Part shown: piece by piece, positions 1 to 11,434 of the stretch | How positions within the stretch are numbered: position 1 is the stretch's first letter | Layout of the letters: the number at the start of each line of letters is the position of its first letter | Source: Vitrella brassicaformis CCMP3155 | Taxonomy: Eukaryota > Protista > Chromerida | Assembly: GCA_001179505.1 (NCBI GenBank) | Contig: CDMY01000405.1 | Span: 323,127-387,126, forward strand | Reading direction: 5' to 3' | DNA: 64,000 nt | Translations under genes and position numbers: made by a program | Notes under the pieces: model-generated | The model's input: only the letters and a program-made list of their open reading frames with translations | What the model was told of the DNA's origin: nothing | Databases searched by the model: none

Positions 1-119
1 TGATCAAGTAAGACCACACATCCTGGTGCCATTCCCAACACACACACACACCAGACGCCAAAGCGGCCTGTGCGGCCCGAGCCCCTCCTCCCCCTGTCTG
101 TGTGTGCGGACAAAGTCTG

Positions 120-702
120 ACCTTCTTTTCAACAGTGTTCTTCAAGAACCTCCACGTGTCGAGTATCCCCGGGAACGTCGCCCTGACGTACTCTTCCATG
201 TCGATGTCGTCATAGACGACAAACCTCCACCCGGGGTTCATCCTGGTGCATTTCTCAAAATTCCTCTGCTCCCACCTCGCCATATTCTGCTTGTCGCGCG
301 TCGTCATGAACACCTGCCGGGGAATCGCCGGCACTGACGGGGACGACTCGACCGATGATCTCACGGCCGGTCCGTCGGCTGCAGCTGCAGTGGCGGGGTC
401 AGTGTTTGCACAGGCTGGGCAATGGCAGTCTTGTTCCTGCGATATGAGTTGATGGCCGGAGCCGCGGAGAAGATGGGCCCGCCCGGCTGACAGGTGGTCG
501 GTGGCGGAGGCGGCGTCGGTCCTGCTGATGCTGATGCCGCTGCTGCTGACAGCAGCAGCTGTGGCCGCAGATGCGATGGATGCCCTTGCGAAGTTGGTGA
601 GCAGCATCGATCTGAGCCTCTGGTCGCCGACAATCAGATGACGGCCGTAATGCACAGCAGTATGATCAGGTAGATGACCGCCGCCTTCCTCGCCTTCATC
701 AT
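120..702 (-). CDS. GT32 (OCH1/SUR1-like, DXD sugar-binding) glycosyltransferase, 5' portion; the gene continues off the left edge of the window; apparent frameshift near 634-640
   Basis: The minus strand reads PAIPRQVFMTTRDK...WEQRNFEKCTRMNPGWRFVVYDDIDMEEYVRATFPGILDTWRFLKNTVEK and then a GT donor near 120. This matches the GT32 N-terminal pattern IPK.IHQTW...NP.W.Y..W.D. A type II anchor, MMKARKAAVIYLIILLCITAVI, starts at ATG 702 but in a different frame. Confidence 0.75.
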
Positions 703-887
703 GCGCCTCCCCGTTCACAGCGGCGTCACCAGCCCAAGCAACCCCGCCGCCCCATCTCAGGACAGCATCACAACAGCGAAGAGCCAAGGCAGCGGCAGAA
801 ATAAAATAATCGACCAGAGGCGGTTGTCGTGGCGGTTGCGCGGATCCGGGCCAAAGATCTGGGCCGGCCAGTGTGGGAGATCTCCCA

Positions 888-1934
888 ATGGCGATTGCGC
901 ACTCCACGCCCAGCAGAGTGGCGTACGTCACGCCCATTGCGTCGCTCGGATGCCTTCTCTCCGTTGCGCTCACCATCGGCGTCATCATCGTGCCCTTCCT
1001 CATCGCCTTCTCGTCCTACTCATTCTGGCTGCACGAGGGATCCTACACCGAGCAGCCGGAGGTCGCCTACTCATCGGACGCCCTCGCACTCATCGAGGGC
1101 AGAAAGAACGGCCTACCGTCGACGGTCTTCTGGAGCACCGTGCAGCAACTCAACCAGCTGGCGGGGACGTCCGTCGTCACCCCCGATGTGCGCGTGAGGG
1201 CGGCAGACTTCAACCTTGACGGCAAGACGGACCGGCTGACGGTGGAGATGACCTTCCCTCTGAGCACCCAGGGCATGGAGGAGGTGGACTCAGTCATGCT
1301 GATGCTGGGCGTGACCTACCGCCTCAACGACCGGGTCCGGATGGACATGCAGGGGCTGGCGGTGCTGGCCGCGTCCACCGCACAGGGCAGGGCCTCGCTG
1401 AGCGCTAAAGGGGCCATCCGTCTGGTGCAGCGCAACCCCCTCCCCGTCGGCTCCAAGCCTCGCCGGGTCTATGACTCCTCCCCTCTGTCCATCAGCGCCA
1501 TCTCGCCCTCCAGCAGCCAGGATGCCTACGCCGCCCCCACCCACGCCCTCCCATTTGTCGTCCGTCGGCTGCTCGACAGCTACACCAACCGCAATGAGAG
1601 CATTAGCTTCGACCTCAACAGCCCCCCATTCTGGTCGAACGAGCCGGCCACAACCAACGGAGCGGCGCCGATGGTGCGGCGCATGGACGGCCAGGCATCC
1701 GGCGGCAGCGTGTATCAGGGGTTCCAGACGAGTGGGTCGAAGAGCTTCCGTGCGACGGTGGTGATGGAGGTCCCCGAGCAGCCGGTGCGGTACCGCCCGG
1801 ATGCGCTGGAGCTGCTCAAGTTCGCGTGGATACAGTGCCTGGCCTTCCTGGTGCCGCTGTGGTATATTGTGGGTAAGATCAAGGACGTGTTGTTTGGCAA
1901 GATCCTGCCTAGCCGCGCTGTGGTGATGCAGTGA
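888..1934 (+). CDS. TMEM231: Transmembrane protein 231 (ciliary transition zone, MKS module), single exon
   Basis: Uninterrupted ORF MAIAHSTPSRVAY...IVPFLIAFSSYSFWLHEGSYTEQPEVAY...DFNLDGKTDRL...PEQPVRYRPDALELLKFAWIQCLAFLVPLW. It matches recalled TMEM231 motifs (FWLK.SSYEEQP, D.N.DGK.D, Y.P.FWE..KFAW.QY). Confidence 0.88.
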   Translation: MAIAHSTPSRVAYVTPIASLGCLLSVALTIGVIIVPFLIAFSSYSFWLHEGSYTEQPEVAYSSDALALIEGRKNGLPSTVFWSTVQQLNQLAGTSVVTPDVRVRAADFNLDGKTDRLTVEMTFPLSTQGMEEVDSVMLMLGVTYRLNDRVRMDMQGLAVLAASTAQGRASLSAKGAIRLVQRNPLPVGSKPRRVYDSSPLSISAISPSSSQDAYAAPTHALPFVVRRLLDSYTNRNESISFDLNSPPFWSNEPATTNGAAPMVRRMDGQASGGSVYQGFQTSGSKSFRATVVMEVPEQPVRYRPDALELLKFAWIQCLAFLVPLWYIVGKIKDVLFGKILPSRAVVMQ

Positions 1935-2180
1935 GGGGGAGGGCTGCATGGGGGGAGGATGTGTGTGAAGAAAGCGTGTTTCATGTTCATGTGGTGTACA
2001 GGGCTTAACGCAAATACATACCTGGATCGATGGATGGATACCTCCCCCCATCCCACTTCATGTGCACAGACAAATAAATAGTCGACTCGTGTACTGACTG
2101 TGCGTGCGAGTGTGTGAGTGTAGTGTGGTCAAACCCCGACTGACTCGTCCATCCATCGATTCGTTCAGTGCGATCTAATA

Positions 2181-4866
2181 TCAGTCATCTGTCTTCCTTC
2201 TGGCCACGATGAACTTCTTCCGCTGCCTTGCCGGCAAACCCTCACTGACCATGACCCTCCTTGTAGCAATCCCACCCTCACTGACCCCACAATTCACACG
2301 CCCCTCACGCACACACGGGGGCGTCACACGCGTACCCGGACGACTGATCCGCACACGCGGCAGCGTCATTGCCTCTGCCCTGGCCGTCGATGTGCCTTTG
2401 CCCTTGGCTCGTCTCGCTGCTACCTTGTCGCCCCCCCGTGTGACCATTTTTGCCGAGTCTTCTGCCGGCGGGGAAAGGCGCGCCGGTGAGTGCTCTGGGG
2501 GACTTGGCAGAGCTGTTAGCCGGAAAAATTCGTCTGTTTGATGCGTCCACCCAGAGAGGTCGCTGGGGAGCCCTTCTTGCTCTGGGGATGAGGGAGCCGC
2601 GCCTCTCCGAGGGCTGGATAACCGTCTCTTCCCGCCGCCATTTCTGTCTTCCGCCCACGCCCCTTGAGCAATGTCTGCCTTCGTCTCTTTCACTTCATGA
2701 ACTGGCGCAGAGAGGGATGTGCTGTCTCCGTGTTTTGTCGGCTGTGCGGTCGCGGGTTTGGGCTTCGCCGTTTGTCTTGCGTCCTCCGGTTTCCGTCTTG
2801 GTGTTGTTGCCGAGAGGGACATGTGCCTGTGGGCTGGCGTGGCGATTTGTGACGGTCGGGAGGAGCGGGACACGGCGGACTGCAAGGCACCGAGGCACTC
2901 AAACCGATGCCAATACTGAGCGTACGACCACTGCACACACAGACACACACATGGAGAAGAACACAGATGGAGGCTGTCGCTGGGTTACTTCGCATTGTTT
3001 CGAGCAGAAGCGAGGCCTCGCGCAGCTGTGGCATGGCCGCAGTGTGGATGAGGGCGGCAGGTCCGCTTCATGGGCAAGACACATCGGGTTGGCACACGCG
3101 TCCTCCGGGCATGGCAGATAAGGCACGGCACCTGCCACACACACACACACAGACACACACAGTCCATGCATCCATCCATTCATCCGTCCATCCATCAATG
3201 CCACCCCCGACTTTCCTCACTCACCGACCGAATTGCTGCAGTGTCATGAGCAGCTGGGTGGCGGTCTCCTTCTCCTGTGTATGTCCGTATGGCCGTGCGT
3301 CCCCGCCAGCGAACCAGTCCTCACCCAGCCACCGACGCGCACTCACCTCTGATTTCAAACCCTGAAGGAGAGGAGAGGAGTGGACGGAGCCGAGACACAA
3401 CGCATAACACAACACATTCAATGGATGTGTGGATGCGAGCAGGCAGGGAGGGAGGGAGGGAGGGGAAGAAATGGCTGTGTGTCATCACCTGTGTGTACAG
3501 GTCAACGGCTGTTCTGGTGGTGGACTCATCTCGAAAACACAAAGCCCGCAAATCTGTCACATCTGAGCAGCGAGACACACACACACACACACACCCCGAC
3601 CGATGCAATCAGTATTCTGTGTCCTTGCGTGGAGGGTGTTGGTCGTTTGGCTGTTTGTTTGGGGGGCTCAACATCTGTCACAAGGGCCAGGTTGACTTCA
3701 CAGAGCAGGTAGTAGCAAGACGACAGAAATTTAGACCCACTAGACTCCTGCATGCAGCCAGACACACACAGGAGAGGAACCCGTGTCTCCCACCCCATAT
3801 ATATCTCCCTGTCGATTACATTACCTCCTGCAGACGGAACTCATCGAGGCTTCTCTTGGCCTGGCACATGAAGGCATACGCCTTCTGCGGACTCTCAGCG
3901 CCGCTCCGCACACAACGGTTGTACAGCGCGACACCGAGAAAGAACCTGGCCTCGGACCGCTTGATCCGCATCGCCTCCTCCTGCTCCCGCTGCGCCCTTT
4001 GCCTGTCCGTCCCCATGCACAGATATCCCAAACGACGCGCTCTCTTCTTGGTCATCGGAGCGAAAGGCTTGGTGTCTCCCCGATGGCTGTCTGACGGTGG
4101 CACATACTCGGCTGCCTGCCTGAATGCGTCCGCGGCCTCCCGGTCTCGCCCCATGTGTAGCAGCAGGCGGCCGGTCATGACGCCCAGAAGAGGCACCAGG
4201 TCACGCCGCAGATGCATGCACAGCCGCAGGTGGGAGACGGCTCTCGCCTCCATCTCCGACACACGCAAGACCATGCCGCCCTCATCTCCTTCTTCGTCAA
4301 CATCAACAGTCTCCTGGGCGATCCCTATCGCCCCCTCCGCCTCCACTTGTGCGCCGTCCATGCAGGCGGCGTAGTACAGCACAGAGGCCATAAAGATAGC
4401 CGTGAAGGTGACGTTGTACTGGTCAAGATAGTCCTCGAGCACGCCCCACAGCTGCTCCCGAACCGGCGCACTCAGCCACAGCACGTCCACATCCACCAAA
4501 GCAGCCTCCACATAGATGTCAATGGCGTCGAGGCGCTCCTCAAGGTCGCGCCGCATTGAAAGGAAGAGCGCCAGTTTGGCCAGCGCCTTTGCCCTGGCGT
4601 GCCGTTTGGCAGCGGGGGAGTGCTGCCAAGACGGGCCCTGTTGGCTGTAAGGGTCGCTGTCCGCCAACATGAGGGTGGACTGGCCGGTCGCGAAGGAGAA
4701 CAGGGAGCAGCTGTGACCCTCCACACCTGCACGAGAAAGGGAGAAGGGTGGATGCTGGCACGTGTGACTCGCATGGCGTCCATCCAGTGTTTTCTGGCTT
4801 ACCTGGCAAAGTGTCGGCACGAGGGGCTTTCCCTCCACCGACTTCGTTGCTACGCTGACTCGGCAT
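2181..4866 (-). CDS. Multi-exon TPR-like helical protein with a MYND-type zinc finger and a low-complexity C-terminal tail
   Basis: Spliced exons give CANPMC...LRPCHSCARPRFCSKQCE|WSYAQYWHRFEC (MYND). An upstream helical exon contains GRLLLHMGRDREAADAFRQA and ARFFLGVALYN (TPR-like). The start at ATG 4866 is tentative. There is a probable 1-nt slip at the G6 run 3661-3666. Confidence 0.65.
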
Positions 4867-5106
4867 TGGTTTTGTCCACGAAGGAAGGCTCCGAGTCGGC
4901 AGTGAATCAGACAAGTGGGCTGGGGGCGCGCCCCCGCGACAGAACGTCCGCGGGGAAGCCGGGACGGTAACGTGATGATGCACGGCAATGAGATGAGACA
5001 CCCAACATGCCGGGCAGGTACGTCAGAGCTGCGAGAGGGCGAAGGAGAGCAGGAACGCGACAGAAGGCGAGGATGCTGCCTTGACAAGTCCCTACATCCG
5101 TAGATC

Positions 5107-5178
5107 GGCCTTGTGGTCTAGGGGTATGATTTTCGCTTAGGGTGCGAAAGGTCCCGCGTTCGAATCGCGGCAAGGCCC
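5107..5178 (+). tRNA. tRNA-Pro (anticodon AGG)
   Basis: GGCCTTGTGGTCTAGGGGTATGATTTTCGCTTAGGGTGCGAAAGGTCCCGCGTTCGAATCGCGGCAAGGCCC folds into a full cloverleaf: acceptor GGCCTTG/CAAGGCC, anticodon stem TTCGC/GCGAA around TTAGGGT, T-loop TTCGAAT. A T5 Pol III terminator follows. Confidence 0.97.
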
Positions 5179-5362
5179 TTTTGCGCCACTTGCAAGATCG
5201 GTGTGCCACAGGGTGTCGCTGCATCTCCTCTAGCGTTGTTTTAGTCGCGCGCAGAACAAGGTCATCTCTCCAGCCGCCGCAAGATCTTTTGGCTCGTCGA
5301 GAAAATCCGCCTCTTCTCGTCCGTCGAGAGAATCCTGTGGCGTCCACCCACGACAAACAACA

Positions 5363-7900
5363 ATGGCGCGTCCCGTAGTGGGGCGCAGTGCACCGGTCTG
5401 CCCGGGTTCGGAGGATTCGCAGGAGGCGGCGGACGTGGAGCAGCCTTCCGTGACGGTGTCGTTCCCCACGGATCAGCCGCAGGAGGCCCTCCTGCTGCAC
5501 CACCCTCCGAGCGAGAAGTGGCTTCGCTACTCGGTGTACCTGAGCGGCATCGTGTGCTTCCAGACGTGTATGGCCAACCTGCTGGTGACGGCGGCGCCCT
5601 ACATGGTGAAAGAGTTCGTCAAGAACGAGAACACCAGCATCGGATACTACGCGGGGTTCCTCCTGTCGGCCTTCTTCTGCGGCCGTGCCGTCACCACCAC
5701 CTACCCCTGGGGCTGGGTGGCCGACACCTCGGGCAGGAAAGTCTGCCTCTTCATCGCGGTTGTTACCACTGGTCAGGCAGTGAGCCACGGGATGGAGTGG
5801 AGGGAGCATCATGAGCATGGTGGACTCGTTCATTCTGTCTGGCTGCCTTGTCTGCCTGGCTGTGTGTGTGTGTGTGTGTGTGTGTCAGGTGTGTTGACGG
5901 GTCTTGTGGGGTTGACTCGCAACTTTTGGATGGTGGTGTTCCTCCGCTTTCTGGCCGGCTGCTTCTCGCCCACTCTGTCTGTGGCTCGGGCGCTGGCCGC
6001 CGATATAGTCCCCAAACACAAACACTCGTCAACCATGGCACACATATCCGCAGGTACGAGAGAGCGAGCAGATGAGATGAGAAGGAAACTGGCACAGAGA
6101 AATGGACTGTGTGTGCCTGCCTGCCTATCAGGTCGCACAATGGGTTTCCTGATAGGCCCGACAATGGGTGGCTGGCTCGCGTATCCATGCGAGCCGGGCA
6201 AGTGGGGGTCAGAGTTTCTCAAGACCAGCTTCCCGGTCGCCTGCTCGACCGGTCTCCCCTTCGCCCCCGCCTGCATCACGTGCGCCTTGCTGCAAGTGGT
6301 ATGTCTGGTGCTGCTCGCCTACGTCCCTGAGAGCCCCGCGATTGTGGAGAAGCTCCATCGGAAACGCGACGACCGCCACCGACAGCGGGAGGAGAGGCGG
6401 CGGCAGCTGGAGCGGCAGAAGGAGGACAACGCTGCTGTCCAGAACAGCTCGCTCAAGAGCCCCCTCCTCCCCCTCCCCCTCCCCACGCACAACGCATCAA
6501 CGCAGCCGGGGTCCGACCCACGCGCCGACGATGCCACCGTGAATGGGGGAGGGAGCTACCAGAGTGGTGGGCAGGGGCACGTACCCAGCCCCCCTCAGGA
6601 TGCTGGGAATATCAACAACAATAACAACGAGCTGGACGAGACGCCTGTCGAGAAAGTGGTACACGCGCGAGAGCTGCGTCGGTGGGATGAGATGAGCCGA
6701 GGGTTGCCGCGGTGGTGGCGGTCGCTGAATCCGCGACGGTGGTGGCGAAGGCGGACCAGAGCGACGCCTTTAAAGATGACCCCAGGGCTGGTCGTCACCG
6801 TAAGCCCACTCTCGCTCACCGCACCAGCACATCGCAGTGGTGTGTTGTGTGTTGCCTGGCTGCCTGTGAATGTTGCAGGTGATGATCGCCTTCTTCATCA
6901 GTTTTGCGCGCATCGCAACGGACCAGACGTCGGCCCTGTTTTGCGTTCAGCCGCTGGACTTCAGGGTCGCCACCGTGGGCACCGTATTCTTCGTCTCAGG
7001 ACTCATCAACTTCCCACTACAGGCACGCCATCCCCTCCCACACACATCGACACAGCATAACCCTGCTCTCTCTCTGCAGATTTTTTTAGTGCCGTGGTTG
7101 ATAGACACGTTTAAGCCGCGAGTGGCGCGTGTGGTGGGGTTGCTGACGGCGGCTCTCTGCTGCCTGCTGTTCCCGTCGGTGGGTCTGCTCACGGGGTTAG
7201 TGAGCGACTGGGTGCTGGTGTGCATGGTGGCCGCCTACATCGCCGTCAAGGACCTGGCCTATGGCGGACTCGGACACACTTCAAACTTCCTTATTGTCAA
7301 CGACTGCCTCCCCACCATCAGGCACGAAGAGCACATTGGACACAGAGGGAGGGAGGGAGGGAGGGAGACTCTGATCTCTCTCGGCTGTGTGCGTGACTGC
7401 ACAGGGGTCGCGTCAACGGGATGAACATCCAGGCGCAGTCTGTCGCATCGACGTTCTCGCCCGTCATCGCATCAGTCACCTTCTCATGGGGACTGCAGGT
7501 GACCGCCTGACCACCAAATGTATCCTTCTGCTCCATGTAAATGCGTTGTGTTGTGTCTATGTCTGCGTGTCAGGCTGCGCACGGCATTCTATCTGGCGGC
7601 GATTGGCTGACCCGTGTGGTGGGCGAGGCCAGCTACGGCCTGCCCTTCTACATCTGCGGGCTGGTCACCCTCGTCAACTGCGTCCTTGCATGCCTCCCCG
7701 CCTCCCTGCGGCTGGACACCGCCCCGCCCACACCCGCCCCCCCATCCACCACCCCCCTCACACTCTCATCTGTGACGAGCCCCGTTGTGTCGCCGGTGCA
7801 GCCGCACAGGAAGCCGTCGGACCTGTTCGCCACGCCGCCCGTCAAGAGCTGCCCTCTGCTGCAGCCACCGGCCCACCCTAAACAGCCCAGGGGGCGATAG
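5363..7900 (+). CDS. Major facilitator superfamily transporter (ZIFL1/MFSD10-like), multi-exon
   Basis: Contains IGYYAGFLLSAFFCGRAVTTTYPWGWVADTSGRK (MFS motif A region), FLRFLAGCFS, GFLIGPTMGGWLAYP and RGRVNGMNIQAQSVAS. Multiple TM helices and a long central loop. Confidence 0.88.
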
Positions 7901-10338
7901 GGAGTGTACGTAGCTTGTGGGAGGGAGGGTTAGCCGAGCGGGTTTGGCTAGGGTATTAGGTTGACTGGTTGATGAATGGATCGGATGGATGGATGGATGG
8001 GTCATGAGAGGGAGGAATCGACCGACCGTGATGGCATTTTTTTCTGTGTGTATGCGATGCGGGTCCGGGGAGGGAGTGGGGGGTGAGAGGGAGTGTCTCC
8101 GCTTGCTGTGTGGGGTGTCAGTGATCCATTGAGTGCATTTGCGTGCATACCTGTGTGTCGGGTATATGCCCTCCCTCACTCTCCCTCCCCCCCCCTGGTG
8201 AGTGTTTCGTACCAACCGTACGCAAAAGGACGATCAGCCCGTCCCTTTTGACAACTAGCGCTTGCTTGGCGTTCCCCTTCTTGTCTTTCTGTCTAGCTGT
8301 CCAGCTGCCTTTCTGTGTGCTTGTCCCTCTCTCTTTTTCTGCCTTTCCTAGTATTGCGGGTTCTTTACCCCTTCTCTCGGGCGTGCGTGTGTGTGTGTGT
8401 GTGTTGGTGGCTGGTATTTGGATGGACGGATGGTGTGGTTGGTGTGTTTTGTCGTTGCGTGGATGACCGTGTTTTTAGTCCCATGTACGTGTAGATGGAT
8501 GGATGGATGGATGGCTGCATGCTCCCCTGACTGACTGACTGACTGGGCGACGCGCCCAGAAACATTGATCGACCACCACACACACAACCCTCCCCTCTCT
8601 GAGAGAGAGAGGGAGGGACAGAGAGAGAGAGAGAGAGAGGGCACACCGGACGCTGTGGTGGTGTGGTGTGGTGTGGTGTGGTGTTGTTTGTGTGTGGGGA
8701 GGGAGGGTGCCGGCCACTGCTAGAGTTTTTCAGGCACGCCAGCACCCATTCATTCGTTCTCACACACATATATCCACACACACAGTAAGTACACGTACAT
8801 CTATGTCATGATATCAGCTGATGCATTGCAATGAAGGTGTTTAATTGTGCATGTCACCCCTTTTTGGTTTTTGATGTATCCACCTACCTAGCTTGTCTGT
8901 CTGGCTACGTGACCTTGTCTGGCTTCCTGTGTGGGTGTGTTGTAGCAAGCACGGGTGGTTGGGTGTGTGGGAGGGCGGCGAGCGGCTCGTTCTTGTTTTT
9001 CTGAGCGAGCGGTCAACGGCGTCACACCAAGCTGCCCTTCACACAACGAACGGTCCTTGACTTCACCGGATTCATTCTTCCTGGCTGGCTGGCTGTGTGC
9101 TGCAGACGTGCACACACAGCCAGACAGAAGACAGAGAGGCTGCGTATGTATGTATCTTGAAACCCATATGGCTGGGTGCGTGTACGACCTGACGACACAT
9201 GACATGCGCAAGGAGGTAAAGAGAGCAAAGGAGGCGCAGAGAGAGAGAGAGGCACGGAGAGAGTGAGAGTGTTGCTTGCGTATTGCTTGCTTGCCGGACG
9301 GCTTGGCCATTCAGCACGATGGGCGCAGTGAGAGAATGCATGCAGCACCCTGCATTCATTCCCTACCTGTGTGTGTGGTGCGCTGTGGTTGGGTCATGTC
9401 CTTGTCGATCTATCGGTCTGTCTGTCCGTCTGTCCGTCTGTCTGTCTGTCCGTCTGTCTGTCTGTCTGTTGGCTTTGGTTGTTGTGCGCTTCGTCTCGCT
9501 TTCGTCATGGCATGGCGTGCATCGGCATGGGAGGGAGAGAGGGAGGGATAAGTGTTTGCTTGTTTGTTGTGCTGCAATGACTGACTGCCTATCGTCTTGT
9601 CCTCTCGCTAGATCTCTCTCTGGTTTCTCGCCTTCCTCTCTCGCCTGCCTCCCGTCGTCCCTGTCAATCATGGCCTGGCTATGGTGGCTGTGCGTGTTTC
9701 TTGCCTGCCGGAGACTGTCTGTCGACTGACAGTGAGATTTTCACGTACGCGTTGACGGACTCACTTGAGTGCGTAAAGCTGCTTGTCAGTCAGTCGTTCC
9801 GCCTTTCATCGCACACACACGACGTGCGTCTGTTGACTCGCCAACCTTTCCTCCAATTCCAATCCAACACAAACCGAAAACACACATTAGTGTTTGTCTG
9901 TGCGCATTGCATTCGGTTCGAGTGAAGAACGAGATGAGAGGCAGGCAAGGAGAACGAGCCACATCCATCCAGATGTATGTATGGGCTGGCTGCACTGCAC
10001 GCATGCCGCAAGAGAGAACCCTCGACCGGGCGGCACCGCATGGACAAATAAATAAAACACAAAACCCACACCTTAGTTAAACCACATACAAATATATGCA
10101 TAACACACACATCGGGCGGGCACAGCAACACACTCGTCTGTCTGTTTGCGTACACAGATTGATTCTTGTTGACACAGATAGATAGCACATAGCATAGAGC
10201 CAGCCGCACGGCACAAGGAGGTGCCCGCACGTCACGGCAACAGGCCAAAAAAGGAGTCGCTCACAGACAAACCGACCATAGATAGAAGCAAGACACAAGC
10301 AAGACAGGCTGACCGACCGAGGCAGTGAGTCTGCCTGT

Positions 10339-11352
10339 TTATTGCATCAAGATGTCCTCTTCCGGCTGCGCATCCCTGTAGATGTCGACATCGATCCACC
10401 CAATGTAGTGTCGGTCACCAAACCCCCCGATCCAATGTACAGCTGATTGCAATCAACCCCCCACACACACACGCACGCACATATCACTTCTGAGTGTTTT
10501 GTTTCTCCGGCCTGCCCTTCCACCTTGTGGTTGGAACCGCCAGAAGGAGAACTTGTGGCTCTTGAGGTGCTCCCACGCCTGAACGAACGAACGAAGAGTG
10601 AGTGCAGCACGATCCTCCGTTCCACCCACCCTCCCTGCCTGTGTCCCTGCCTCACGTGTGCCTCGGGGTGCTTGGCGAAGTAGCAGTCCCTTACCCCGGC
10701 CTCGGGATCTGACCGACACAACACCGACACACAACTCAAGTGTGTGTGCGAGGCACAACCATGACGTGCCATGCCATGCCATGCCATGCCTTGTGTGTGA
10801 CCTGCCACAGCGGTCATGTTGCCCAGCAGAGTCACTCTGGCGTTGAAGAGCGGGTCGGGCGAGGACGTGTCGGGCGACCGGACGGCCAAGCTCACCTTGT
10901 TGTTCCCCTCGGCCATATAATTGATCACATTCATCTCCAGCTGACGCCATCGCACAAGCAAGCAGAGTGTTGTCGCTTAGCAAGTGACCTTTTGATTCCC
11001 CCGTCAGCGTGGCTTACCGGCGAGAGGAAGAACAGCAGATCTCCCCGGGAGCTGGTACAGACGTCCTCCGCGTATATGTCCACAGAGCTGTAAGGATAGC
11101 CCTTCATGCTCCCCACGGGGATAGAAGTGCTCAGTGAACCGAACCCAACCGAGCGGACCATCCCCCTGGCCAGAGGAGCAGCCTCTTCTGAAGCAGCAAA
11201 CACACAAACAGACAGACAGGCGCACACCAATCAGGCATCCTCCCACGCCACCAGGAAAGATCTGTGTGTGGGATGCATGTCACACCTTGGGTTCGCTCGG
11301 CCGACGATGTCACCACCGACGCAAGTAGAGCGAGGACACAGGCCACGTGCAT
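10339..11352 (-). CDS. CREG-like FMN-binding split-barrel protein with signal peptide, multi-exon
   Basis: MHVACVLALLASVVTSSAE (signal peptide) is followed by ARGMVRSVGFGSLST...GYPYSS...GDLLFFLSP|LEMNVIN...NKVSLAV...DPLFNARVTLLG...CYFAKHPEA...HKFSFWRF...VHWIGGFGDRHYIGWI, the CREG/pyridoxamine-oxidase-like pattern. Confidence 0.8.
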
Positions 11353-11434
11353 CTCTGTTTGCTTTCCGCCTTGTGAGTGAGCAGTTTCACGTCCTCACCC
11401 TCCCCGCGAGCTGTTGCGTAAACTCTCGCGTGGG

